A stretch of 64,000 nt of DNA from Bacillota bacterium (GCA_012523545.1 JAAYIH010000046.1:97-64096); one strand, 5' to 3'. Positions 1 to 8,605 are shown, numbered from the stretch's first letter. The notes: generated from the sequence alone by a model not told the origin. Made by a program: numbers and translations.

Positions 1-435
1 GGGGCAAATGCCTTCGACATACCTGTCGGGCAGGAACTTCTGACAATGGTCACACCAGATTTGCTCCTGAGTCCTGGGATAGAGCCAGCCGTCGGCGTGC
101 AACCGGCGGATGATATCCTGAACCTGCTGCTGGTGCGCTTCGTCCATGGTGGCAGCGTAGCGGTCATAACTGAAGCCAAGTTTGGCAAAACTGTCTACGA
201 ATTCCCGATGGTACTCTTCGGCCACCTGGCGCGGGCTGCGCCCTTCCTGGCTGGCCCGCACGGCTATGGGCGTGCCGTGGCAGTCGCTGCCGGAAACAAA
301 CAGAACCGCATCGCCGCGCAGGCGAAAATAGCGGGCGAGCACGTCGGCGGGCAGCAAGCCGGCGATATGGCCCAGATGCAGAGAACCATTGGCATAAGGC
401 CAGGCGCTGCAAATTAACACATGTCTCACTGTCAT
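1..435 (-). CDS. metG: Methionine--tRNA ligase, N-terminal part (runs off window start)
   Basis: Not in ORF track. Hand translation from ATG 435 gives [57 protein letters not shown], with the class I PYANG..HLGH and GSD.HGTPI MetRS motifs. RBS GAGGGGTGG. Met T-box upstream. Confidence 0.95.
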   Translation of the reverse strand, partial: MTVRHVLICSAWPYANGSLHLGHIAGLLPADVLARYFRLRGDAVLFVSGSDCHGTPIAVRASQEGRSPRQVAEEYHREFVDSFAKLGFSYDRYAATMDEAHQQQVQDIIRRLHADGWLYPRTQEQIWCDHCQKFLPDRYVEGICP

Positions 436-447
436 AACCACCCCTCT

Positions 448-690
448 AAAATAATGCAAGCCCGCCACGGCCAAGCGCCGGGACGGGCATAAAATCCCGC
501 GGTACCACCCCGCATTGCCGCCAGCAGGCGGCCTCCTCAGGCGCGATAACGGGCGCTGCCGTCACGGCCTTGCCGGGGCTCGGCCGCAAAGCTCAGAGAC
601 CATGTTCAGCCGGTGTCGCGTTGCCGGGTCCCACCTATTCCGGCTCTCTGCAAACGGACCGTCCGGCCTACTCATCTCGTCATTGCCTGG
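448..690 (-). ncRNA. T-box riboswitch leader, Met specifier
   Basis: Minus strand has stem I elements (GCAATGA, AGAGAG, GGTGGGA), specifier loop GAAC-ATG (ATG at 603-601), T-box GGGTGGTACCGCG (~510-498) and a following GC-rich hairpin before metG. Confidence 0.9.
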
Positions 691-701
691 TATATGGGCT
701 A

Positions 702-731
702 ATTATAAACAGTCCGGAGCCCGGATGTCAA
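702..731 (-). promoter_or_regulatory. sigmaA promoter of the metG leader
   Basis: TTGACA (731-726), 18 nt spacer, TATAAT (707-702). Confidence 0.8.
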
Positions 732-827
732 ATTTTTACTGCCGGCCCCCAAAAATTCCCTCCGGTTTGCGCATACTAATAATGTAGTGCCAAAGGGCCA
801 AGTTTAATTTTCAACCCCCATATTCCC

Positions 828-855
828 AAAACTCCCGTCGCGCAACGGGAGTTTT
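828..855. terminator. Bidirectional intrinsic terminator
   Basis: AAAACTCCCGT-cgcgca-ACGGGAGTTTT. Confidence 0.75.
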
Positions 856-863
856 CCTTTCCC

Positions 864-1001
864 TTATAATCTTTCTATCAGAGCCCATACTATAGGTAAA
901 ACATAGCGCCCCAGAAACCAGAGAATAATCACCAGGGCGGCCAGGTACGCTCCGTGCCGGATTAAGGCTGTCGCCGGTTGCCTGGTTTTTTCATGGCTCA
1001 T
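864..1001 (-). CDS. Small membrane protein (45 aa)
   Basis: GAGGTG RBS then ATG at 1001. MSHEKTRQPATALIRHGAYLAALVIILWFLGRYVLPIVWALIERL, one hydrophobic helix; ends at the terminator. Confidence 0.6.
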   Translation of the reverse strand: MSHEKTRQPATALIRHGAYLAALVIILWFLGRYVLPIVWALIERL

Positions 1002-1065
1002 GCGTTCCACCTCTTTTTGCTTAGTTTTCCGCAAAATACACAGCGTATTCCCGGGAGGCCAACAG

Positions 1066-1215
1066 GTGAAACACTGGTCCTTGTCTGCAGGCATTGTTCT
1101 GACCATTGCCGGCGCCGTCGCCGTTGCCCTTGACATCCACCCCCACACCGGGGCGATTTTGGCGGCCCTGGGCATCCTCGCCGCCGCCTGGAGCCTGACG
1201 CGGCGACGGGTTTGA
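1066..1215 (+). CDS. Small membrane protein (49 aa, two TM segments)
   Basis: GGGAGG RBS then GTG. MKHWSLSAGIVLTIAGAVAVALDIHPHTGAILAALGILAAAWSLTRRRV; terminator-like hairpin follows at ~1224-1251. Confidence 0.55.
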   Translation: MKHWSLSAGIVLTIAGAVAVALDIHPHTGAILAALGILAAAWSLTRRRV

Positions 1216-1249
1216 TTGGGAGCAAAAAAAACAGCGCAAGCTGTTTTTT

Positions 1250-1801
1250 TTAGCCTTCTTTTATGCCCCTGATAAATGAGACAAAGCCCATGGTCAGGGT
1301 GACAAACCCCCAGCACAGCCAGAGCAGGGCGCTGTCACGGGCCCATGCTGCCAGGCCAATCCCGCCGCTGAGGGCAAAAAGCGCGCCCCAGGCCACAACC
1401 CGCTTCCTGCCGCAAGGGTCCCGGCCGGGCAGGGCAAGTTGTACCGCGATCGCCAAAAGCCGGTGCGGCACGACGACCCCGGCCCTAAAGGCCAGCAAAA
1501 CCAGGAGGGAACTGGTCCGCAACGCTGCAAACAGCGCCAAACCGGCCAGGATCAGGGGATAAACCCGGGGCGCGATGTGCATCAGACCCCAGACGGCAAC
1601 GCCCCCCATTATCCCGGCAACCAGCCAGTCCTTCACTGCCCGCGCCAGTTGCCGGCGCCAGGCCACATTCCCGGCGACATACCTCTGCAGGCGCCGGCTG
1701 GCCGGGTCCTGAGCGGCAATCTGTTCCAGGAGGCAAAAGCGGGCGCCTTCCAGGAGCAACAACAATGCATAGAGCAACGCCAAAACGAGCATGCCCTTCA
1801 C
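1250..1801 (-). CDS. Hypothetical multi-pass membrane protein
   Basis: 183 aa with several hydrophobic segments; start overlaps the rnhA stop (GTGA). Confidence 0.65.
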   Translation of the reverse strand: MKGMLVLALLYALLLLLEGARFCLLEQIAAQDPASRRLQRYVAGNVAWRRQLARAVKDWLVAGIMGGVAVWGLMHIAPRVYPLILAGLALFAALRTSSLLVLLAFRAGVVVPHRLLAIAVQLALPGRDPCGRKRVVAWGALFALSGGIGLAAWARDSALLWLCWGFVTLTMGFVSFIRGIKEG

Positions 1802-2256
1802 CGCCCCGATCCCACATGATCCTTGATCGCCTGGCGGGCCAGGGCGTCGCAGCGGATGTTGTTTTCATCATCGGCATGGCCCTTGACCCAAACCCATGTT
1901 ACCTCATGGGGCTCAATGGCTTTGAGCAGCTGCTGCCACAGGTCGATATTTTTGACCTTGCCTTGTTTAAAACCGGTTTTCAGCCAGTTTTCCACCCAGC
2001 CCTGGTTAAAAGCGTTGACCACTATCTCCGAATCGCTGTACACCGTAACCCGGCAGGGCTCCCGCAAAGCCTCAAAGGCCTTGATGAGCGCCGTCATCTC
2101 CATACGGTTGTTGGTGGTGTCGGGCTCAAAGCCGCTGATTTCCTTCCTGTGGCGGCCGTAGAGCAAAACCGCCGCCCAGCCGCCCGGGCCGGGATTGCCG
2201 GAACAGGCCCCGTCGCTGTAAATTGTCACTTCTTTTTGTGCTGCCACACCGTCCAC
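1798..2256 (-). CDS. rnhA: Ribonuclease HI
   Basis: IYSDGACSGNPGPGGW, TTNNRME, WVKGHA, N.RCDALA motifs. Confidence 0.95.
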   Translation of the reverse strand: MDGVAAQKEVTIYSDGACSGNPGPGGWAAVLLYGRHRKEISGFEPDTTNNRMEMTALIKAFEALREPCRVTVYSDSEIVVNAFNQGWVENWLKTGFKQGKVKNIDLWQQLLKAIEPHEVTWVWVKGHADDENNIRCDALARQAIKDHVGSGR

Positions 2257-2277
2257 CTGCCTTGATGCTGTATTGCC

Positions 2278-3033
2278 TTATGTTCTGACAAAGGAAGCCC
2301 AGTATTCCCAGCCCTTGCGCTTGGGATGCGGGGTCTCTTTGATTTGGCCGGCCAGGTTCAGCTGCTGGCAGGCCGCCTGCACATGGCACAGGGCGATGCC
2401 CATTTCGATGGGAGTGTATGCCTTGCCCACGGGACGGGAGACGCTGTATAAATGCACTCCCTCGGCAGTAAACCACAGCCGCCAGGGCTGACGATTGATG
2501 GCGGAGGGAGCCCAGCGCACCGCTTCCAGTACAGTCAGCCAGGGCAGGCTGTCCCGGTGACTGTGGGGAGCAAAAACGGCAAGGCGCTTCGGCATTATGC
2601 GCCTGCCCATGCGCTTGGCGGCCGCAGCGGCCCTGCCCACAGCCAGCAATATTCGGGTCCGTTCTGCCCCCTTTAATTCCAGCTGCGCATCCACAGCCTT
2701 TTTGTCAAATACCCCCAGCCAGCAGGTGCCCAGTCCCAGGCCGGTGAGCCTGAGGACGACCCGCTCCAGGCTGTACCCCAGGTTGAGGAGAGAATCTCTG
2801 TCATCCCTGGCAATGGCGGCAATGTACCACGGTGCCGTAACCCGGCCGATGCCCCCCAGACCCAAATGGCGGTGTATCTCCTCTCCCCCCACAAGCCGCA
2901 GCTCCAGGAAGGAAGAATTCAGCGTCTCTGTTTCCCGGCAAATAAACCGGACCTGGTTCACTGTGGCCGCATCCAGGTCAGGCAGATAACGCCGCACCGA
3001 GTGACGGCGCTCGATGAGCTGAAGCCAATTCAT
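2278..3033 (-). CDS. Nitroreductase family protein (two-domain)
   Basis: RRHSVRRY, GLGTCWLG, APSAINRQPW; start moved to ATG 3033 after GGAGGG RBS. Confidence 0.85.
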   Translation of the reverse strand: MNWLQLIERRHSVRRYLPDLDAATVNQVRFICRETETLNSSFLELRLVGGEEIHRHLGLGGIGRVTAPWYIAAIARDDRDSLLNLGYSLERVVLRLTGLGLGTCWLGVFDKKAVDAQLELKGAERTRILLAVGRAAAAAKRMGRRIMPKRLAVFAPHSHRDSLPWLTVLEAVRWAPSAINRQPWRLWFTAEGVHLYSVSRPVGKAYTPIEMGIALCHVQAACQQLNLAGQIKETPHPKRKGWEYWASFVRT

Positions 3034-3118
3034 GCCAATCCCTCCAAACCGCATTTTACTGCCGGCAAAGGCCCGCCGCGCCAGGGTCTGGTTGGCCTGC
3101 GGGGTATCGGCCGGCTGC

Positions 3119-3148
3119 GCATTATGGCAAAAACAAGCGGGCATGCTA
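3119..3148 (+). promoter_or_regulatory. Putative forespore (sigmaF/G-like) promoter
   Basis: GCATT-N18-CATGCTA (also reads GCATT-N15-GGGCATGCTA) upstream of the 3180 ORF. Confidence 0.45.
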
Positions 3149-3179
3149 ATAGAGACCAAATGTACAAGGAGGATAGCCA

Positions 3180-3335
3180 ATGACCACCAGTTGGATAGTT
3201 GTCGGTCTGGGCGTCGTGGTCTCTTTGATTGGATGGTTCATCGGCGGCAATTTGGGCAGCGGCGTGCTGGGTTTCGGCCTGGCCCACATCATACTGGGCC
3301 TGCTGGATACCATGAGACCGACGGTACGTCACTAG
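3180..3335 (+). CDS. Small Gly-rich membrane protein (51 aa)
   Basis: Below ORF-track cutoff. AAGGAGG RBS then ATG; MTTSWIVVGLGVVVSLIGWFIGGNLGSGVLGFGLAHIILGLLDTMRPTVRH. Confidence 0.7.
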   Translation: MTTSWIVVGLGVVVSLIGWFIGGNLGSGVLGFGLAHIILGLLDTMRPTVRH

Positions 3336-3370
3336 ACAAAGGGCACCGAGAGCCTCGGTGCCCAAATTGC

Positions 3371-3730
3371 TTAATCGAACAGCAAGTTATCTCCCTTTTG
3401 CAGGCCGGACGGGGTTTTAATCAGGTAATCCTTAGCCCCCAGTTTCAGCGCGTGTTCTATTATCTCGCGCCGGCGATAGGAGGTTACCATGGTAATGTCG
3501 GGTTTATAGTCATCCAGGTTGGCCAATTCTTCCAGGACTCCAAGGCCGTCGAGCTTGGGCATAATTACGTCCAGGAAAATTTTGTCCGGCCTGTGCTGTA
3601 AAATGCGTTCCACTGCTTCGGCGCCGTTGCTTACAGAAGCGATGATTTTATAATTATGCTGTTTTGCCCAATCCTCTACCCGGGCCCGGGAAATGGGATC
3701 ATCATCTGCTATTATAGCTGTCTTAAGCAT
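3371..3730 (-). CDS. Stand-alone response regulator receiver, Spo0A-like
   Basis: IIADDD, FLDVIMPKLDGLGVLE, MVTS, LGAKDYLIK; no output domain; ATG 3730 after GGAGAGGGG. Confidence 0.85.
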   Translation of the reverse strand: MLKTAIIADDDPISRARVEDWAKQHNYKIIASVSNGAEAVERILQHRPDKIFLDVIMPKLDGLGVLEELANLDDYKPDITMVTSYRRREIIEHALKLGAKDYLIKTPSGLQKGDNLLFD

Positions 3731-3764
3731 CGGCAACACCCCTCTCCTCTGCCGTTTTTTTTGT

Positions 3765-3793
3765 AATTCCACATTGCCCCCCAAAATCCCTGC
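3765..3793 (-). promoter_or_regulatory. Putative sigmaH promoter
   Basis: GCAGGGATTT-N11-GTGGAATT resembles the sigmaH RNAGGAWWW...RNNGAAT consensus. Confidence 0.55.
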
Positions 3794-3886
3794 CTGGAAG
3801 GCAAAATTTTCTTGCCGCCGAACTGGAAACAGGCGGTTGCAGACGCTGTTGCATCAGTGATATTATTTTTGTAGCACGCGCAAGGG

Positions 3887-4981
3887 GTGAGTGCAGTGAA
3901 GTACCCGATAACCCAACTGGATTTCGACCGGGACTTTGCCGGCTTTGTCGAGCTCAGCCGGGCCATATACGGCGAGAAGGCAGTGGCCGATGAGGCCTTG
4001 TACCGGTGGCTGTTTGAAAAAAACATCTATAACCCGAAGGGATACTACCTCTTCCACGTCGCCAAAGACGGCGACAAGGTGGTGGCTTCCGACTGCCTGA
4101 TGCCTGTCCCCCTGAGCATAAAGGGTAACAAGTACCTGGCTGCATGGTCCATCAAAACCATGACGCACCCGGATTACCAGCGCCAGGGAATCTTTCGGGC
4201 CATGACCGAATTCAACATCACCCGGGCCAGGGAACTGGGCATCGATATCATACTGGGCTTCGCCAACGCCAACTCCTTCCCGGGCTACAAAAAGTTTGGC
4301 TGGGAAGTATTGTGGGAACGAAGGGCGATAATCCGCCCGCTGGACATCCGGCAGAGCCTGCGCCGCAAAGCACCGTTGAGCCCCTTTGCAGAGGTAGGCA
4401 ACAAGCTGTTCAGAATGCTGGACAAAGGCCGGCTGGCACGCCTGGCCGCCCAGGCCAAAAAGTATGAAACCGAAATCCACTCTTCTGCTCCGGAAACCTG
4501 CGATAAGCTCTGGGCCAAAATGCAGGCGGGGTTTGCCATTGCCATTGAGCGCGACCAAAAATACATTGAATGGCGCTACAATCAGCGCCCCAACCAGGAA
4601 TATAAATTCGTCGTGGCCTGTGCCCAGAAACAACCGGAAGCCATGCTGGTCTTTCGCCGGCACCTGGGCAACAACTCCTGCATAATCATCGATTACATTG
4701 GCGCGCCCGAATCCCCGGCCATACCCGCGTTGCTGCACGAAACCGTTCAATATTGCCTGGACAATAACCTGCGCTACATCATCAACAGTTCGGGGAGCAG
4801 GTTTGACGATTACTTATGCAACCACTTTTGGTTCAAGTACCTGACCGCTCCGCTGGCCAACAACATGTTCATAGCCCACCGCATCAACCGGGACATCAAT
4901 CCCGCCCACCTGACAGAACAGGAAAACTGGTTTATCAGCTACGGAGACTCCGAACTGGACCTCGACCTGCAATTCCGGTAG
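3887..4981 (+). CDS. GNAT family N-acetyltransferase (364 aa, probably tandem GNAT fold)
   Basis: TMTHPDYQRQGIF acetyl-CoA binding motif, GFAN.NS.PGYKKFGW, later R...Y..WRY. Confidence 0.8.
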   Translation: MSAVKYPITQLDFDRDFAGFVELSRAIYGEKAVADEALYRWLFEKNIYNPKGYYLFHVAKDGDKVVASDCLMPVPLSIKGNKYLAAWSIKTMTHPDYQRQGIFRAMTEFNITRARELGIDIILGFANANSFPGYKKFGWEVLWERRAIIRPLDIRQSLRRKAPLSPFAEVGNKLFRMLDKGRLARLAAQAKKYETEIHSSAPETCDKLWAKMQAGFAIAIERDQKYIEWRYNQRPNQEYKFVVACAQKQPEAMLVFRRHLGNNSCIIIDYIGAPESPAIPALLHETVQYCLDNNLRYIINSSGSRFDDYLCNHFWFKYLTAPLANNMFIAHRINRDINPAHLTEQENWFISYGDSELDLDLQFR

Positions 4982-5015
4982 GCCGGGGTTTTTTTTTGCA
5001 ACCCTCCTGCGTCAC

Positions 5016-5111
5016 TCAGTTACGGCTGGACAGGAGCACGATCCCGCCGATGATCAGGCCGAGAACAAGCAGGCCCCCCAGCAGAATCGGTACACCGGTC
5101 ACCAGGCTCAT
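5016..5111 (-). CDS. Micro-protein, single TM helix (31 aa)
   Basis: GGAGGTGG RBS then ATG; MSLVTGVPILLGGLLVLGLIIGGIVLLSSRN. Confidence 0.55.
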   Translation of the reverse strand: MSLVTGVPILLGGLLVLGLIIGGIVLLSSRN

Positions 5112-5146
5112 TTTTCCACCTCCCGCCGATTATTGACCCAATCCCG

Positions 5147-5425
5147 TTACGCCAGGTCGAGAATCCGGACCGGAAGAGAATCGCCGAATTCTTTCCTGCG
5201 CAGGCGCAGCGCAGCCAGTAAGGCTTGTTTTCCACCATATGGGTATAGTGGCCGTCCTGCTCCCGGCCGGAAGAGGCAATCCCGGCCAGCATCTTGCAAC
5301 GGGAGACCTGTCTGACGCCGGCAGCCAACACCTCTCCAGATGCCCGGGCGCGCATGGGCCGCCAGGGCATGTCCGTTTAAAGCAATATTCGCCAAAAGGA
5401 CGGGTATACCTGCCCAATGTTCCAT
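5147..5425 (-). pseudogene. Possible degraded or frameshifted gene
   Basis: GGGGG RBS then ATG at 5425. Coding-like codon usage seems to switch frames (..EQDGHYTHMVENKPYW.. vs ..LRRKEFGDSLPVRILDLA). No family recognised. Confidence 0.3.
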
Positions 5426-5564
5426 AGCCCCCCATAAAACACGACCGGCCTCGCTGCCGGCACCATTACCCGGGCATTATCCTTCAATTTTTTCTTCCGG
5501 CAGGAGTAATGCCCGGTGATGTCCAAATAAAGAAATGGGTATATGGGGTTAAGGGGGTATACAC

Positions 5565-6034
5565 GTGGATAAAACTCAATTGGTCAAGGCTTGGGTTTTT
5601 TCCTCGGGCGCAGTTAAACAATTGGGAAGCAAGGGCAAGGCCTTTGCCCTGGGCTGGAAACTGCTCAACGATTACCTCTATTTCTCGGAGGCTGCTGCCC
5701 TGTAACCCGGGCAAGGCTGTACGACTTTTCCCAGTTCATCACCAACTTTGCCGACCATTATGCCGGCCCCGACGACGACCTCTATACCTGGATTGTGAAC
5801 AATGGCCATACCATCATCGAAGCCCTGCACAAAGCCGAAACAGAGGAGACCCATGAAAAGATTCCCAATGCCCTTTGCCCCCTGTGCAGCGTACCGCTGT
5901 CGGCAGACAACGTGGCGCGCCTGGCCGACGGCAGCATCCGCAAATCGGCGGCGGGACGCGCCTGGTGCAAGGAATGCGCTGTGAAAATCGACAAAAATAA
6001 ATGGACTGCCCGCGAAAGCCCCGGGGCTGAATAA
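5565..6034 (+). pseudogene. Frameshifted hypothetical gene with C-terminal CxxC...CxxC zinc finger
   Basis: AAGGGGG RBS, GTG 5565 ORF stops at TAA 5703-5705. A second frame is open 5618-6034 and encodes RARLYDFSQFITNF...CPLC...CKEC with no RBS-linked start. Confidence 0.45.
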
Positions 6035-6088
6035 CTGCTCTCTCTATTTGCCACACTATGCTTGACAAGAAACTTTGGAGGGAGCTGT

Positions 6089-6505
6089 ATGCGCCTGATA
6101 CCCCACGAGTGGAGACATTTGGATAACTGGCGTCGGGAAATGGAGCGTTTTGTCGAGCCCCTTTTCCAGAGCTTCAACACTCCCCGGGTCGACCTCTTTG
6201 AGACCGACTCCGAGCTGGTGGCAGTCTGTGAAATCCCCGGCATAGAAAAAAAGGAAGACATCCATGTGGACGTCTCCGACAATGTCCTCATCATCAGCGG
6301 CAGCGTCCGCCGCTGGGGAGAGGTCAAGGATGACGCCTTCCACAGGCGCGAACGCTATGCCGGCCATTTCACCCGTTCCGTCGGATTGCCGATGCCCGTC
6401 AAGGGCGATGAAATCAAAGCCACTTACCGCAACGGGCTGCTGGAAGTGCGCATGCCCAAAGCCGAACAAACTGCAACCAGGCGAATCGATATCGAATTCC
6501 ACTAA
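6089..6505 (+). CDS. Hsp20/alpha-crystallin small heat shock protein
   Basis: PRVDLFET, EIPGI, RER..G.F.RSV.LP, ATYRNGLLEVRMPK; GGAGGG RBS. Confidence 0.93.
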   Translation: MRLIPHEWRHLDNWRREMERFVEPLFQSFNTPRVDLFETDSELVAVCEIPGIEKKEDIHVDVSDNVLIISGSVRRWGEVKDDAFHRRERYAGHFTRSVGLPMPVKGDEIKATYRNGLLEVRMPKAEQTATRRIDIEFH

Positions 6506-6536
6506 ACCGTAACTTTTTCCTCCGCGCGGCATTGCC

Positions 6537-6567
6537 GGGCCGGGTTCAATGACCCGGCCCTTTTTTT
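6537..6567 (+). terminator. Intrinsic terminator after Hsp20
   Basis: GGGCCGGGT-tcaatg-ACCCGGCCC plus T7. Confidence 0.8.
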
Positions 6568-6574
6568 AGCCTCC

Positions 6575-8509
6575 TTATCGCTTTATGCCCTCCAGGCATT
6601 CCCGGGCCAGGGCGGCGGCATGCAGGCTGCTCAACGACCGGTCGCCCTCCAGGGTGATGACCAGCACGTATTGGTCAAAATAGCATACATACCAGGCAAT
6701 CTGCCGCGTGGCGCTTATTTCCGAGGTCCCGGTCTTGCCCCGCACGGCTCCGTGTCCCACCCAGGCACGGGCCTCCTCATCGGAAGCGGCGTAGGCCAGT
6801 ACGCTGTCCAGCAACTGGAGGTTTTCGGCGCTGAAACCGGTTTCCAGCCAGATCCCGGCCGGATCGTCTGCTGTCAGGCGCGGCAGGGGCAAGTTGCCGT
6901 CCTGCCGGGCAATGGCCGCATACATCAGCGCCACATGTAAAGGAGTGGTCAGCATCTCCCCCTGACCGTAACTGGTGTCGGCAAGCAAAATTTCGCTTCC
7001 GCCCTGTTTGCGAATCTGCGACCGCTGGTAGTTCAGAGAAAGCGGGATGTCCCGGGCAAAGCCCAGGGCGGCCCCGTATCTTTCCAGCGCCTCCCACCCC
7101 AGCTTGAGCCCCAGGTCGGCAAAGTAAACGTTGTCGGACCATTTCATGGCTTCCCACAGGTCGACAGGGTGGGGCGGGCGCACCACCCTGGTCACATGAT
7201 AAGAACCCCATTGGGGACTCTTCTGCCAGCGGAGGGGGGTGTCCCAGCTGTATTCCGGGTCGTACACCCCCTCCTCCAGGGCCATCAAGGCGGTGAAGGG
7301 CTTAAAGACAGAGCCGGGCGGATACAGGCCGTTGAAAGCCCGGTTGACAAAGGGGGCGTCCCGGTCGGCCAGTTCCCGGTACTGACCGGCGCTAATCCCC
7401 AGGGCAAACCAGTTGCAGTCAAAGCCGGGGTTGGAAACAACGCCCCGGATGGCGCCGGTAGCGAATTCCAGCAACAGCATGCTGCCGTTGGCTCCGCCCA
7501 GAACGGCGTCCAACTGCCGGCACTGGGCCAAATCCAGGGTGGTAACCACATCCCGGCCGGGGACGGGCGCGCGCCGGGCCACCACGGCAACCTCGCTGTC
7601 GCCTTCCCACACAGAAATCGTAAATCCCGGCCGGCCCGCCAGCACCGAATCGTAAACCAGCTCCAGACCCGCCCGGCCCACGATGTCGCCGGCGGCAAAG
7701 CCCAGGTCAGCCAGTTCCTGCAACTGTTCGGCCTCAATTTCGCCCACATACCCCACCGTCTGGGCCAGTGAATCGGGAATGTTGTACACCCTGCCTTCCT
7801 GCTCCCGCACCTTGACGCCCTTTACCGCCGTCAGGGCTTCCCGCAGTTGTTGCCAGGCAGCCTCGCCCACGGTCCGCACCGGAACAAATGTATCCGGGCG
7901 CACCCAGCTTTGCTCCAGCAGGCGCCGGATTTCGCTTTCCGGCACGTCCAGGAGGAGGGACAGCTTTGCCGCGCTGTCCGGCTGCATGGCCCCCGGCACC
8001 AAGCCCACGCAGAAAACGGGGCCGGCGACGGCCAGCGGCACGTTGTTGCAGTCCAGGATGGCCCCGCGCCTGGGCATTTGCCGGGTCACCTTCACTACCC
8101 GGTGTTCCGTGAGCTGGGGAAAGATGAGACAGTGATCCCAGTGCAGTTTCCAGCCTTCCCGGGTCCTGACCAGGCCGGCCTCGTACTCCAGGCTGAAATC
8201 TCCTGCCGTCGACGTCCGAAACTCCAGGGTATACCTGGCCGTGTCTTTGGCAATCTCCAGCTCGGTTACCGCCAGCTGCTGCAGCCCGATGCCCCGGGAA
8301 ATCTTCTCGTAGCGCCGGCAAAAAGTCTCCGCATCCCACCGGGCCCGGGCTTCGGCGCTGAGCAACTGGTACATGGCCGCCCAGTCGCCCTGTTGCCACA
8401 GGTGCACAAAGCGGGTGATCAGGTCGTCGGGAGCCCGGATCTCCTGGTTGTCGCAGGCGCACAACATGAGAGCCAGGCAAACCAACGCCGCCAACACTGT
8501 CCTTCCCAT
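6575..8509 (-). CDS. Class B penicillin-binding protein with MecA-type NTF2-like N-terminal domain; probable lipoprotein
   Basis: SxxK (GSVFK), SDN and KTGT motifs; RG.I.D; W..GDW.AMY N-domain; lipobox-like LMLCAC; start ATG 8509 after GGAGG. Confidence 0.9.
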   Translation of the reverse strand: MGRTVLAALVCLALMLCACDNQEIRAPDDLITRFVHLWQQGDWAAMYQLLSAEARARWDAETFCRRYEKISRGIGLQQLAVTELEIAKDTARYTLEFRTSTAGDFSLEYEAGLVRTREGWKLHWDHCLIFPQLTEHRVVKVTRQMPRRGAILDCNNVPLAVAGPVFCVGLVPGAMQPDSAAKLSLLLDVPESEIRRLLEQSWVRPDTFVPVRTVGEAAWQQLREALTAVKGVKVREQEGRVYNIPDSLAQTVGYVGEIEAEQLQELADLGFAAGDIVGRAGLELVYDSVLAGRPGFTISVWEGDSEVAVVARRAPVPGRDVVTTLDLAQCRQLDAVLGGANGSMLLLEFATGAIRGVVSNPGFDCNWFALGISAGQYRELADRDAPFVNRAFNGLYPPGSVFKPFTALMALEEGVYDPEYSWDTPLRWQKSPQWGSYHVTRVVRPPHPVDLWEAMKWSDNVYFADLGLKLGWEALERYGAALGFARDIPLSLNYQRSQIRKQGGSEILLADTSYGQGEMLTTPLHVALMYAAIARQDGNLPLPRLTADDPAGIWLETGFSAENLQLLDSVLAYAASDEEARAWVGHGAVRGKTGTSEISATRQIAWYVCYFDQYVLVITLEGDRSLSSLHAAALARECLEGIKR

Positions 8510-8605
8510 CTTCCGCCTCCTCAGCGCTGAGAAATTTGCTGAATACCCCTTTCCAATAAAGCCAACAATAACAAGGGAATGCACGGCAAGGAAAGGAGGG
8601 ATTTG

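Noticed and set aside
46-417. 123-aa plus-strand ORF from the track
   Set aside because: Antisense shadow of metG, which is clear on the minus strand with a Met T-box
515-787. Short plus-strand ORFs (90 and 69 aa)
   Set aside because: They overlap the T-box leader and promoter; no RBS or protein-like features
6040-6088. CtsR or CIRCE operator upstream of Hsp20
   Set aside because: No GGTCAAA direct repeat or TTAGCACTC inverted repeat present
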